Shown here: positions 1 to 10,042 of the stretch, one piece after another
Numbering within the stretch: the first letter of the stretch is position 1
Layout of the letters: each line of letters begins with the position of its first letter
DNA from: a virus
Direction: 5' to 3' (one strand)
IMG/VR virus record: IMGVR_UViG_3300011429_000001
Location: 15,962-79,961 of that record
Length of the DNA: 64,000 nt
Position numbers and translations under genes: made by a program
The notes under the pieces: model-generated
What the model was told of the DNA's origin: nothing
Database searches by the model: none
Seen by the model: only the letters and a program-made list of their open reading frames with translations

Positions 1-1712
1 GCGCTCAGGTTGATGACCGTCTCCTGCAGCTTCGCCATCTCGCCGTTCCACTCGGCGGTCATGTTTCGCGCCTGCTCCGTCGGCGTCACCGATCCAGCGA
101 CGCACTCCTCGTAGCCCTGGATCGCGAGCGTCGCGATGTCGAACGCAGCGCCGGTCGCGGTTACTCCATCGCCGAGGTTCCGCTGCGCCAAGACCGAGTT
201 CTCGATATCCCGATCCGTCGCGTCGAGGAGTCCGACCCACTGCTGCATCTTCAGCACGCCGAACGTGAACGACTCGCCGACGCTCATCTGCGCGTCGCCG
301 AAGAGCTTCGTGTCGGCGATAGCTGTGCCGATCTTCCACCCGGCGAATCCGGCGGCGGCGATAGCGGCGGCTGTGCCGATCGCGGTAATGCTCGCGATGA
401 CGGCCGGGTTAGCGAGCGCAGCCGCGAGTCCTTGGAACCCGACCGACGCGGCCTTAAACGCCGCGCCCATCCCGAGCATCACTGGACCGGCGACGGCGAC
501 GAGCGCGCCCATCGCGACGATCGTCGTCTGTATCGGTTGCGGGAGCTCCTTGAACATCGAGATCATGAAGTCGATACCCTTCGTGACCTTGTCCGCGCCG
601 TCGAGGAACCCGACGAAGGACGGCTTCATCGCGTCGAACGCGTTCACCGCGTTCGCCTGCATGTTCGCCAGCACCTGATTCCACTTTTGGTCGACGGTCT
701 TCGTCAGCTCCTTGAAGCCCTCGTCGACCTCGTGGAGGTCGGTCCGCATCTTCTTTTGTATTTCGAGCGTCGCCTCGCCTTGACGACCATAAGCACCGAG
801 GACGCCTGTCGCCGCGCGCACGTTACCGATAATCGCGGTGAGCGCCTCGCTGTTCCCCTTCGTCGCCGTCGTCAACTGCATAAAGCCTTCGGCGAGACCC
901 TCCTCGCGAATCTTCTTGCGCACGGCTTCGAGGTTAAACCCCATCGGGAGGAGGCCGCGCTCGCTGAGGTCTTGGAACGCGTCCGTCTGTTCCTTCGTCG
1001 GCGCGCTAATCGTCGTCAGTGCGCCGCGGAGCGCGGTCGCGGCTTCCTCTGCCGAGAGGCCGATCTTTGTCGTCGCGGCCATGAACGCGCCGAGGTCTTG
1101 GAACTTGACGCCCATCTCCGAGGCGATCGGGATGACGCGGCCGAGCGACCCGGCGATAGCGTCGGCCTCGCCCTTACCTTCGCGGACCGTCGCGACGAGG
1201 ACGCGGACCGCCTCCTCCGCGGTGATGTTCTCCTTACCGTAGGCGTTGAGGGCGCTCGTCGCCGCGTCGGCGACCGTCTTCGTCTCGCCGAGGCCGAGCG
1301 CGCTCGCCTTCGCAGAGACGCGCAAGGTATCGAGCGCCGCGGCGCCCTTCTGACCGGACGACGTGATGAAGTAGAGGGCCTCGGCGAGCTCCTGCGGCGA
1401 CTTACCGACCTCTTTCACCATCGCCATTACGCGCTCGCGATACATGTCGACTTGCTCGGCGCTACCGCCAGCGAGCGTCTGGATCTGCGTGAGCGTCTTC
1501 TCGAAGTCCTTCCCGAACTTGAACGCCGCGCCGCCAGCCGCGGCGAGCGCGATCGAGATCGGCATCATGTCGCGCCCGGCCTTTTCGAGGGCCGAGCCCA
1601 TCTTGTCGAGATCCTTCGACATCGAGAGCACGTTGCCGCGCGCGACCTTCAGCGACGGCGACAGCTTGTCGTCGAGAACCAGGTAGCCGATGAGTGTGCC
1701 GATGCTAACCAT
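1..1712 (-). CDS. Tail tape measure protein (TP901-like), 3' end runs off the window
   Basis: My translation from ATG 1712: MVSIGTLIGYLVLDDKLSPSLK...FEKTLTQIQTLAGG...GKSPQELAEALYFITSSG; Ala-rich helical; follows tail chaperones; missing from the ORF track. Confidence 0.93.
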   Translation of the reverse strand, partial: MVSIGTLIGYLVLDDKLSPSLKVARGNVLSMSKDLDKMGSALEKAGRDMMPISIALAAAGGAAFKFGKDFEKTLTQIQTLAGGSAEQVDMYRERVMAMVKEVGKSPQELAEALYFITSSGQKGAAALDTLRVSAKASALGLGETKTVADAATSALNAYGKENITAEEAVRVLVATVREGKGEADAIAGSLGRVIPIASEMGVKFQDLGAFMAATTKIGLSAEEAATALRGALTTISAPTKEQTDAFQDLSERGLLPMGFNLEAVRKKIREEGLAEGFMQLTTATKGNSEALTAIIGNVRAATGVLGAYGRQGEATLEIQKKMRTDLHEVDEGFKELTKTVDQKWNQVLANMQANAVNAFDAMKPSFVGFLDGADKVTKGIDFMISMFKELPQPIQTTIVAMGALVAVAGPVMLGMGAAFKAASVGFQGLAAALANPAVIASITAIGTAAAIAAAGFAGWKIGTAIADTKLFGDAQMSVGESFTFGVLKMQQWVGLLDATDRDIENSVLAQRNLGDGVTATGAAFDIATLAIQGYEECVAGSVTPTEQARNMTAEWNGEMAKLQETVINLS

Positions 1713-1715
1713 TGG

Positions 1716-2185
1716 TCATCGCTTCTTCTTCGGCTTGCGTTGCGTCTTGGCGTATGCGATCTGCGCCGCGATCTTCTTTACGATGTCGGCGTCGGTGCGC
1801 CCGTCCTTCCGCTTCCGACCTCGACGTCGCGAGATGGCTTGATGCATCGCCGCGTCGCCCATCGCCGTGATCCAGTTATCCCAATTCTGAACCGCCGAGT
1901 TCTTCCGCGTCGGCGCTTCAGGCGGCCCGAACTGCGGTAAGAAGTCCTTCGCCTCGTACGGCTGGAACCGCTTCCGCGTATCGCGATTGATGTTCGCTAG
2001 GAGCGCCATCAACATCGCGAAGTGCCAGTCGCTCCGCCGGAACCCGATCGGCTGCAGCGACTTGTACGCCTGCCACTCTACGAACGTGCGATACGGGATG
2101 CGGCGAAGCATCCCGTCCACATCGATCTCGCCGAGGTCGGCCGCCAGCTCGAACGCCGCTTGGCGTAAAGGCTGGCGGCTTAGTC
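1716..2185 (-). CDS. Tail assembly chaperone gpT-like C-terminal segment (reached by -1 frameshift)
   Basis: Frame open from the slippery site through RLSRQPLRQAAFELAADLGEIDVDGMLRRIPYRTFVEWQAY; between chaperone and tape measure genes. Confidence 0.8.
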
Positions 2186-2545
2186 GTTTTTTGCCTGAGC
2201 AACCGTCTCCTCGACGACGCCGTTCAGAACCAGCACGCGGTTCGTGAGCATGTTAACGGTCTTCGAGTCCTTCAACTTCAGGGCCTCGACCATCTTCTGC
2301 TCCTTCTCCGGCGTATCACACAACCGCACCTTGTCTTGCGTCACGAAGCTCCGCGCGAGGAGTAAGAGCCCGGCCTCTTTACGCTTCCCGGCTTGCTCGC
2401 GCTGTTCGAGCCATTCGAGGACTTCGCCCGCGGTAATCGACATCAGGGCGACCTTCTTGCCCCAAGCGTCCGCCTCTGCGTACTGGACGCCGGTCGCGGC
2501 CAGCACGTCGTCGAAACCCATGACACCGACATTCACTGCTTCCAT
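2180..2545 (-). CDS. Tail assembly chaperone gpG-like
   Basis: 121 aa between tail tube and tape measure; AGGAG RBS; ends in slippery site. Confidence 0.85.
   Translation of the reverse strand: MEAVNVGVMGFDDVLAATGVQYAEADAWGKKVALMSITAGEVLEWLEQREQAGKRKEAGLLLLARSFVTQDKVRLCDTPEKEQKMVEALKLKDSKTVNMLTNRVLVLNGVVEETVAQAKND
2186..2192 (-). other. Programmed -1 ribosomal frameshift heptamer A AAA AAC
   Basis: Minus strand GCA AAA AAC GAC TAA at the end of the chaperone ORF; X XXY YYZ pattern; -1 frame is open into 1716..2120. Confidence 0.85.
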
Positions 2546-2593
2546 CGTCTGCTCCTATCTGCTGCTCTACGTTACGGTTGTGTGTCGAGACGT

Positions 2594-3025
2594 TTACAGG
2601 TCGCCGATCTCCACGCCGTTCAGGATGAAGTTCCCCGAGAGGCGGACGGTCAGCGTCGCGGTCTGGATGCCATCGACCGGGCTCGCGCCCTGCAGGCCGC
2701 GCACGAAGCCGGATCCGATCCACTCGTCGCCGTCGGGGTTCTCCAGCTTGAAGCCGGTCTCCTCGTTGGCGATGAGCAGCTCGCGCAATCCGTCGTGCGA
2801 GGGCAGAGCCTGATTGAAGAACACCGGGACCGAGATCGGTTCACGGCGCAGGATGCCCATGATCCACTGGTCGATGTCCTTGTTGTGGATCGACGCGTCG
2901 AACTCGTTACGCATCAATCCCGGCGGCGTGATGTCGCCGAGCTCGGCGACCTCGATGAACGCGCCGCCAGGGGTGGGCTGGAAGGACAGAATCGTTCCGT
3001 GCGAAGAGAGGGCGTCAGTAGCCAT
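2594..3025 (-). CDS. Major tail tube protein
   Basis: GTILSF...IEVAELGDITPPG...GSGFVRG...ATLTVRLSG, lambda-like tail tube pattern and position. Confidence 0.85.
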   Translation of the reverse strand: MATDALSSHGTILSFQPTPGGAFIEVAELGDITPPGLMRNEFDASIHNKDIDQWIMGILRREPISVPVFFNQALPSHDGLRELLIANEETGFKLENPDGDEWIGSGFVRGLQGASPVDGIQTATLTVRLSGNFILNGVEIGDL

Positions 3026-3055
3026 ACGCAGTAGCCTCCAAGAGCCCGCCGAACC

Positions 3056-3478
3056 TTATAGGGTTACGACGGTCGTGTTGCGAACACTTGTAAGAGCGGC
3101 GTATGCCGCTCTCGCCATTGCTTCTGCTGCTGCTGCTGAATTCGCCCGCACCGTTATCTGCGCGGACGGACGCTCGTAGGACGGACCGCTAACGTCGTTC
3201 TGGGTGCGGATACCTGTTACGCCGCCGGTCGCCACGATGTTGAGATACGGACCGGGACCCGGCGGGATCACGGCCTTCGACGAGATGAAGATGTTCGTGC
3301 CGAAGACGCCGACGCCCGCGCCGACGAGGATCGCGACGAGCTCCGTCGAGAACGTCGGCGAGGGTTGCTTCGTGGCGACGACGTTGAACGTCCACTGCGC
3401 TCGGCTCTGGCCGTCGAGCACGCCGGTGTCGAACGGCGGCTGCTGCTCTTGAATGTCCAGATACCATGTGGTGGCCAT
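3056..3478 (-). CDS. Tail terminator / tail completion protein
   Basis: GTNIFIS...TGG...YERPSAQITVRA...AEAMARAAYAAL; immediately before tail tube. Confidence 0.75.
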   Translation of the reverse strand: MATTWYLDIQEQQPPFDTGVLDGQSRAQWTFNVVATKQPSPTFSTELVAILVGAGVGVFGTNIFISSKAVIPPGPGPYLNIVATGGVTGIRTQNDVSGPSYERPSAQITVRANSAAAAEAMARAAYAALTSVRNTTVVTL

Positions 3479-3479
3479 T

Positions 3480-3920
3480 TTACACCATCCGCTCTAGGTT
3501 GAGATCCTTCGCGAGGTCGGCCGGGAGCGTCGAAACGGCCGCCATCAGCGGGCGTTCGAGATATTTCGGTCCGGTGCCGCTCGGCGAGAACGTCACCTGC
3601 ACGCCTTGCCACGATGGCGGCGAGTATTTCGACGGGTGCTCGTGGACCGCGAGCGCGTAGGCCGCGGCGGCGCCGCCGTAGCTTAGTTCGACGGTTACCT
3701 GTCGGCCGAGGTAGTACGGCGGCGAGACCTGCCCGCTGTTCTTCAGGGTCGAGAGATCGACCGGGACGTAGTTCTCCTTCGAGTCGGCCATGATTCGCTG
3801 CGCGCGGCGATACAGCGCACCGGCGACCATCGTGCCGAACTTCGCCTCAAGCGCCAGCAACCTCTTCGTGATGCCGTCGCCGGTGAACTTCCCCTTCGAG
3901 TCCCTACCCGTTATCGCCAT
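3480..3920 (-). CDS. HK97 gp10-like neck protein
   Basis: ADSKENYVPVDLSTLKNSG...YALAVHE...GPKYLERP motifs. Confidence 0.8.
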   Translation of the reverse strand: MAITGRDSKGKFTGDGITKRLLALEAKFGTMVAGALYRRAQRIMADSKENYVPVDLSTLKNSGQVSPPYYLGRQVTVELSYGGAAAAYALAVHEHPSKYSPPSWQGVQVTFSPSGTGPKYLERPLMAAVSTLPADLAKDLNLERMV

Positions 3921-4107
3921 CGGACCTCACGCTCGTGACGCCGCACTCGAACGCCGCCGCGACTTCGTTAAGCCGCGCCGCGACCGCCGGTTCTTCGTCG
4001 ATCGCGACCTCGCGGATCAACGCGGCGACCTCTCGACGGATGTCGGCCATCAACTCCGGCATCGACGTGATCGAGAGCTCGCCGCGTACCGGTTCGCGTG
4101 TATCCAT
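3904..4107 (-). CDS. Hypothetical protein
   Basis: 67 aa ORF coupled to neighbours. Confidence 0.6.
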   Translation of the reverse strand: MDTREPVRGELSITSMPELMADIRREVAALIREVAIDEEPAVAARLNEVAAAFECGVTSVRSDGDNG

Positions 4108-4108
4108 C

Positions 4109-6352
4109 TTACGGCGCCGTTTCGAGAACCGGTTGCATTACTCCGCTCGTCGCCGCGCGCTTCTCTTGTAGCGCAGCCTCGACGAGTCGACAGACTTGCT
4201 GCCCGATATCCGGCCACCGATACTCCGGCCGCTGGACGAGATCGAGTCCGCGCTTGACCGCCGTCTCGTACGCCGTATGGCGACGATAGAGGAGGTCGAG
4301 CGCGTCGATATTCGCTTGCTTACTCGGGACGCCGCCGAGCGTGCCGACCTTCACGCCAGCCATCGGCGAGACGTGATTGAAGGTCGCCGCGACGTCGACG
4401 CACGGTACGAGCATCGCGGCCGGGCGCGCCCACTCGCCAAGCGCGGACCAATCCGGTGCGATCACCGGAACGCCGCACGCCATCGCCTCCATTACCGGGA
4501 GTCCCCAGCCCTCGCCCTGCGTCGTCGTGAAGTAGACGTCGAACGAGTTGTAGATCGCTGCCATCATCGACTCGGGCATCGTTCGCTTCAGCGCTGGCTG
4601 GAAGAGGACGAGCCGATGAAGGAGACCGTAGTACTGCATAATGCTCGACACGTCGAACGCGGCCTCGCTGGTCGGCGCCGTCTGGATGTAGAGGTAAGCG
4701 TCCTCGATACTCGCGGCCTTGACCCACTCGGCGAAATGTACCGCTGTGAGGTCGAGTCGCTTCCGCGGTTGATTACGCGCGATACAACCGACGACGAACG
4801 CGTCGTGGAGTTGCGCCGGGAGCGTCATCGTCTGTCGCGAGAGCCGCTTGTCCTTCGGGTGGAACGTATCGAGGTCGACGCCGAGCGGCACGACGGCCGA
4901 GCGACCGGTAAAGCCGCCGAGCCGCGCCTCGTTCTCTGCGTCTCGCGTCCACCAGATTGCGAGCGCGACGTCGTTCAGGTAATCGCAGCGGACGTTCTTC
5001 CCGTCGATCGGCATAATCGCGACGAACGGCGTCTTGCCGACCGCGCGGATCCAGTTCTGTACATGCCATGGATCGTGCTGCCCGATGACGACGTCCGGTA
5101 CGAACGTCTGAAGCAGGTGCGAGATCCGCGGCTCGATCGCGTTGCCGTTCACCGGCGGATAGACGTCGTATGGGATCTCGTCGCGATCGTAGGGACAGCC
5201 GTCGTGCGTCGTCCCGATCGAGACGACGTCGAACCGCGGCAGGAGCTCGCGGATGATGTTTACGCCCGCGCGGCCGAAGCCGGTCCACGGCGTCGTCGGC
5301 GAGTCGCCGATCCAGAGGAGGCGCGGCTTACGGTCCGAGGCGAGGCGCATATTGCCGCGGTTCTTCGGCGCGTCGGCGATCATCCGCGGTGCCAGCGAGG
5401 CGTCGGCGCGGCACGCTGCGGCGAGCGCGTGCCAGAATCCGGTCCCGAGCTTCTCCCAACTGAAGTCCGCTTCGAGGCGCGCGTATTCCTCATCGCTGAT
5501 CGGGTCCGGCTGCGTCGAGAGGACGCGGACGAGGTGCTCGACTAGCGCGTCGCCGCTCGACTCCGGTACGTAGACCGGGATGCCGCCGAAGAGGAACCGC
5601 TGCTGCGGCGTATCGAAGCAGATCGGCCGGGCGCCACAAGCGGCGCCTTCGAGGACCGGAAGCTCGAAGCCCTCGCCGTGCCGCAGGCCGCTCACCCACC
5701 GCGCGCGGCCGTAGAGGGCGGCGAGGAGCGCGTCGGCGACCGGTCCGATAGCGGACCAGCCCGGGACCTGTGCCGCCATTCCCTCGACCTGCGACGGCCC
5801 GAGGTGGAGCGTCGTCAGGCCGACCCGCTGCGCGGCGAGCGCGACCTCCTCGATCGCCTCTTCCGTAGAGCTCGACACGAACCCGCTCGTCACGATGCCG
5901 ACGTCGCGCGCGGAGTCGCTGCGACGGAAGACGGCGCGGTCGACACCGAGCGGCGCCCAGTAGAGTTGTCGCGCCGCGGGCGCGAGCTCGGCCGACGTAT
6001 AGGTGCTACTAACGCCGCCCCAGTTCATCGATGCGCGGATATCGTGGTGGGTCCAGACCGCGAGGGCCTTCGACCAGACGGTATCCCACGCGTTGAAGCC
6101 TTCCGGTACGACGATCTTCGAGCGGTGGCCGCGCGAGACGTTCTCCATCGTCAGCGCGTGCTGGACGACCGCGTAGCGCGCGGCGCGGATCTTTCGCCGC
6201 GCCTTGAGGTCCGTCGCTTGGATGATCTGGATGTCGGCGCGCTCGGCTTCTCCGGCGATCCGGACCCAGTCGGGCTTCGTATTCGCGAGCGCCTCCGCGA
6301 CGCGCAGTGTGCCGAGGAGCTCCGGCTGTCGGTCGACGTAGACGCTAAGCAT
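4109..6352 (-). CDS. Two-domain GT-B (GT4-like) glycosyltransferase fusion
   Basis: N domain EGFELPVLEGAACG; C domain TGFGRAG...RNQPRKRLD...EGWGLPVMEAMACGVP (EX7E motif). Confidence 0.9.
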   Translation of the reverse strand: MLSVYVDRQPELLGTLRVAEALANTKPDWVRIAGEAERADIQIIQATDLKARRKIRAARYAVVQHALTMENVSRGHRSKIVVPEGFNAWDTVWSKALAVWTHHDIRASMNWGGVSSTYTSAELAPAARQLYWAPLGVDRAVFRRSDSARDVGIVTSGFVSSSTEEAIEEVALAAQRVGLTTLHLGPSQVEGMAAQVPGWSAIGPVADALLAALYGRARWVSGLRHGEGFELPVLEGAACGARPICFDTPQQRFLFGGIPVYVPESSGDALVEHLVRVLSTQPDPISDEEYARLEADFSWEKLGTGFWHALAAACRADASLAPRMIADAPKNRGNMRLASDRKPRLLWIGDSPTTPWTGFGRAGVNIIRELLPRFDVVSIGTTHDGCPYDRDEIPYDVYPPVNGNAIEPRISHLLQTFVPDVVIGQHDPWHVQNWIRAVGKTPFVAIMPIDGKNVRCDYLNDVALAIWWTRDAENEARLGGFTGRSAVVPLGVDLDTFHPKDKRLSRQTMTLPAQLHDAFVVGCIARNQPRKRLDLTAVHFAEWVKAASIEDAYLYIQTAPTSEAAFDVSSIMQYYGLLHRLVLFQPALKRTMPESMMAAIYNSFDVYFTTTQGEGWGLPVMEAMACGVPVIAPDWSALGEWARPAAMLVPCVDVAATFNHVSPMAGVKVGTLGGVPSKQANIDALDLLYRRHTAYETAVKRGLDLVQRPEYRWPDIGQQVCRLVEAALQEKRAATSGVMQPVLETAP

Positions 6353-7565
6353 GCTGCGCCTCCTGCTGCTTCTGAACGACCGGGTGGCCGAGAACGGTAC
6401 GCCGGATTGCGTCGGCCGTCGCGACGCCGATCGACGACCATCGATGCTCGCGCTTATCGCACAGCTTAAACCCGGCGTCGATCATATGCGAGCGGCGCTC
6501 CTTCGAGCGATAGACGCGGTCGAGCGCGGCGCAGAACTCCCGGCGGTCCGCGATACCGCCGATTACGTTCGGCGCGAACGAGTGGCCGGTCGATGGCGTG
6601 GCCGCGTGCGAGTAGCACGGTACCTGCTCGGCGGCAGTCGCCCACTCGCCGAGCGCGCTCCATTGCGGAACGACTTGCGGAACGCCGCACGCCATCCCTT
6701 CCATCTGCGGCAACCCCCAGCCTTCGCCTTGCGTCGTCGTCATCATTACGTCGAAGACGTTATAGATCCGGGCGAGGAGTTCCTCCGGGACGCCCTGCTG
6801 GTCCTTCGTGACGGCGGTCACGATCAGCCGGTCGGTAATGCGGTAGTACTTCGCGAGCTGTTCGAGGTCGAACGCGCGCTCGCCGGTCGGCGCCTGTTGA
6901 ATCCAGAGCGCCGCGTCGGCGACGTCGTACTCGTGGATCCATTCGGCGAAGTATTCGAGGGTGAGGTCGAGTCGCTTCCGGTGCTGGTTGCGACCGACGA
7001 CGCCAACGATGAACGTATCCTCCGGGAGACCGCGCTGCCCGAGCACCTTCGGCATGCTCATCTTTTCGCGGATCGCCGCCTTATCGAGCGGCCGGTAGAT
7101 ATTCAGGTCGACGCCGAGCGGGACGACCGTGCTCTCGCCGCTGTAGCCGCCGAGGCGCGCCTGCTCCTCGCCGAACTTCGTCCAGAAGATCGCGTGCTGG
7201 AGGCCGTTCAGCAACGAGCCGCGGCAGTTCTTACCGTCGATCGCGACGATGCCGACGACCGGCGTCGTGCCGGTCCGCTGGAGGTAGTAGGGGAAGTTCC
7301 ACGGGTCGTTCTGGATCACGCACACGGCGGGACCGATCTTGCCGATCAACTCGTCGGTACGCGCGATCCCGATACCGTCGCCGCCGGAGCAGCGATAGAT
7401 CGGGAACTGATTCTGAACCGGGTGCGGGTCGCCGTCGTAACCGAGCGCGAGGACATGCACGTCGAAGTGCTCGCGCACGACCTTCAAGATCTCATGGGTG
7501 CATCGCGCGAAGCCAGTCGAGACGCCCGCGTCGCCGATCCACAATAGCCGTCGTTTCGTTGTCAT
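6345..7565 (-). CDS. GT4-like glycosyltransferase
   Basis: STGFAR...RNQHRKRLD...EGWGLPQMEGMACGVP. Confidence 0.92.
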   Translation of the reverse strand: MTTKRRLLWIGDAGVSTGFARCTHEILKVVREHFDVHVLALGYDGDPHPVQNQFPIYRCSGGDGIGIARTDELIGKIGPAVCVIQNDPWNFPYYLQRTGTTPVVGIVAIDGKNCRGSLLNGLQHAIFWTKFGEEQARLGGYSGESTVVPLGVDLNIYRPLDKAAIREKMSMPKVLGQRGLPEDTFIVGVVGRNQHRKRLDLTLEYFAEWIHEYDVADAALWIQQAPTGERAFDLEQLAKYYRITDRLIVTAVTKDQQGVPEELLARIYNVFDVMMTTTQGEGWGLPQMEGMACGVPQVVPQWSALGEWATAAEQVPCYSHAATPSTGHSFAPNVIGGIADRREFCAALDRVYRSKERRSHMIDAGFKLCDKREHRWSSIGVATADAIRRTVLGHPVVQKQQEAQHA

Positions 7566-7626
7566 CGTTTTTATCCTTGGCGTTGGCGGTTAGGTCCCTC
7601 GTCGGTTCCACCGCGCTCGCCTGCTG

Positions 7627-7938
7627 CTACTTCTCCGTCTCCTTACCTACTTCATCGACGCGGCGCCAGTAGTTCCCGAACACGGTCTGGCGGCTCGCGT
7701 GAACCACCGAGGACGCGCGCTCGATCTGGCGTCCGCTCCCGCCGTTGTCGCGGCGGTCTTCGTCGCCGGATGTGAACACGAGGTTCACCGTCGGCGCCGG
7801 ATCGTCGGTCTCTAGGATGTTGCCGTGCGCGTCCTTCTTGGCATCGCGGTTGGCGTCTCCCCAGATCGTGGTTAAGACGGCGCCGCGCGCGACGCCCGTC
7901 GTATCCACGTAGACGATCGGGTCACTGAGTTTCAACAT
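7627..7938 (-). CDS. Hypothetical protein
   Basis: 103 aa with GGAGG RBS, inside the GT island. Confidence 0.7.
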   Translation of the reverse strand: MLKLSDPIVYVDTTGVARGAVLTTIWGDANRDAKKDAHGNILETDDPAPTVNLVFTSGDEDRRDNGGSGRQIERASSVVHASRQTVFGNYWRRVDEVGKETEK

Positions 7939-7960
7939 TCCTCCTCACCTCCCTTCGCTT

Positions 7961-8641
7961 TTAGGTTCCGGTCCGCTTGATGTGGGGCTGCATCGCCGGG
8001 TGCTGCTTCTCCCACGGTAGGTACGCGTACTTCGCGATGATATTCTGCTTCGCGATCTCGAACTTCCGATGGTGCGCGTCGATCTCTTCGTTCGTCGCGC
8101 GCGCGTTCGTCTGGCTCCCGCCGTGGAGGACCGTACAGGGCGCATTCTGTTGGAGCCACGCGCCGCCGCCCTCCATGAAGAGCCGGACGCGCATGTCGTA
8201 GTCGATGTCCTCCCAGTACGCGTAGCCGGGCGAGATCGCCTCGTCGAACTTCCCGACCTTCTCGATCGCGCTGTCGCGAATCAAGTAGCAGGAGTAGCCG
8301 TGGCCGAAGACGAGGTCGCCGGGCGTATCGCGTATCTGCTCGACCGCGTCGGCCGTGAACGTGATGTCGTCGTTCGTGATGATTCGGTCCTCTGGCATGT
8401 TCTCGATCAAGTAGTTCCACGACTCGGCGATGCCCATCGGCGTCGGCGGTTCGCAGACGTCGACCGGGAACGGGAGGCCCTCGATCGCTTCGTGGACGCG
8501 GTCGTGCTTCTTCCCGTTGTCGATAATCCAGACCTTCGTCGGGACGAGCGTCCCGGCCGCGGCCGAGAGCAGCATCAACCGCAGGAGGTCGTATCGCCGG
8601 AGGACCGGGACGCCGATGTAGATCTGTTTCTTCTCGCCCAT
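7961..8641 (-). CDS. GT2-like glycosyltransferase
   Basis: Start MGEKKQIYIGVPVLRRYD after AGGAG; IIDNG, ITNDD (DXD), FDE...AYWED. Confidence 0.88.
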   Translation of the reverse strand: MGEKKQIYIGVPVLRRYDLLRLMLLSAAAGTLVPTKVWIIDNGKKHDRVHEAIEGLPFPVDVCEPPTPMGIAESWNYLIENMPEDRIITNDDITFTADAVEQIRDTPGDLVFGHGYSCYLIRDSAIEKVGKFDEAISPGYAYWEDIDYDMRVRLFMEGGGAWLQQNAPCTVLHGGSQTNARATNEEIDAHHRKFEIAKQNIIAKYAYLPWEKQHPAMQPHIKRTGT

Positions 8642-8652
8642 TGCTGCTGCTC

Positions 8653-9882
8653 CTACGCCGCGGTATGCGGCCGAATGAGAACCGTCACGTCCTCGCACCA
8701 AACGAAGTCCGCCGAGGTGTAGCCGGACTTCGCGGCGAACGTCTCTAGGTAGAGGACGTCGCCGCCGTAGAAGTCGCCGAACTCGCCGCGCCGGGCCGGG
8801 TCGTTCGGCACGAGCGCCATCGGCGTACCGACGTTGCCGCACTCGACGATCTGGCTCCGCCAAAGCTCCTGCCCGTTCGCGTAACGCATCCGGAAGATGA
8901 TCGGCCGTCCCGGATTGTTCTGAATCGCTGCGGCCATCAACGTCCGGTAGCCGGGCGCGTAGGCGTCGTCGTCGTCGAGATGCGCGATGTATTCGCACGT
9001 GGCGAGCGGCATCGCTGTATTCCGTTCGGCGTGCCCCCAGTTGTTACCCGGCGCGTGTTGAAGGTAGCGCGCGCGCGGATCGAGTTGCGGCGTCGCGTCG
9101 CCGACGACGATGAGCTCATCTCCCGGACGGAGCTCGATCGACGCCAGCGTCGCGACGAGCGTCGGGCGATTCGAGGTCGCCACGATGAACGAGATGCTAC
9201 CCGGTACCGGGCCGGGCCGGAGCATCGCGGAGAGCTTCTCGACTGCCTCCGCGACGGCCCGCTCGTGGTACTCCATGTGGTTCCCGGGAGCGCGCCGCGC
9301 GGCCTCGCCCTCGATGAAGGTTTGGTCCGGCGCGTGCCCGGCCCAGTCGTGTTGGATCTCGACCTCTCGAAGCTGGACCTGCCGACCGAGGCGGCCCATT
9401 ACGTCGCGTAGGTAGATATCGCCCCAGAAGATGCGCGGGTCGTAGAGGAAGCCGAGCCGATCGGCGACGGCCTTCGAGACGAGCGATAGCGGGAAGTGCG
9501 ACTCGTTATGCGTACGGACGCCGATATTGAAGACGCCGTCCGGATAGCGGTCCGCGGCGGCGAGGATCGCTGGCGCCCAGTCCGGCGTAACGAAGAGGAT
9601 GTCGTCGTTACCGAGCATCAGCACGTCGCCGTGCGCGACGACCGCGAGCTCGTTGAAGAACTTCGGGAGCTCCGCGTAGCCTCCGCCGCGCGGCCCGACG
9701 ATGACCGTGTGCGGCGTTCCGGCGAGGAGCGCGAGCGTCTCGGCGTCATCCTCGTCGGCGCGGAAGACGAGCTCGGATGCGCCCGGCGCAGCGGCCGTCG
9801 TGCGGTCGTAGCTATCGAGCAGCAACCGGAGGCGGTCGAGCCGCTTCCGCGTCGGCACGAGGACCGAGACCTTACGATACAT
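8653..9882 (-). CDS. Tandem GT-A (GT2-like) glycosyltransferase, two domains
   Basis: VSVLVPTRKR...LGNDD and ISFIVATSNR...GHAERN...HLDDDD. Confidence 0.87.
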   Translation of the reverse strand: MYRKVSVLVPTRKRLDRLRLLLDSYDRTTAAAPGASELVFRADEDDAETLALLAGTPHTVIVGPRGGGYAELPKFFNELAVVAHGDVLMLGNDDILFVTPDWAPAILAAADRYPDGVFNIGVRTHNESHFPLSLVSKAVADRLGFLYDPRIFWGDIYLRDVMGRLGRQVQLREVEIQHDWAGHAPDQTFIEGEAARRAPGNHMEYHERAVAEAVEKLSAMLRPGPVPGSISFIVATSNRPTLVATLASIELRPGDELIVVGDATPQLDPRARYLQHAPGNNWGHAERNTAMPLATCEYIAHLDDDDAYAPGYRTLMAAAIQNNPGRPIIFRMRYANGQELWRSQIVECGNVGTPMALVPNDPARRGEFGDFYGGDVLYLETFAAKSGYTSADFVWCEDVTVLIRPHTAA

Positions 9883-10042
9883 GCTTCTCCCGGTGTTGCT
9901 TCCGCAGGTGGTCGAGCACCGCGACGACCTGCTCGTCGGTGAGTACGCCTTCGTCCTCGGCGATTAGGAGCGCGACGTTGTCGTCGTAGCTGGCGCGGCA
10001 CCGAGGGCACCGCGCCAGAAGGGCCGTGAGTTCGTCGCGCAT
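9872..10042 (-). CDS. Small hypothetical protein (56 aa, CxxC)
   Basis: MRDELTALLARCPRC...; TAATG overlap with the radical SAM stop. Confidence 0.55.
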   Translation of the reverse strand: MRDELTALLARCPRCRASYDDNVALLIAEDEGVLTDEQVVAVLDHLRKQHREKHVS

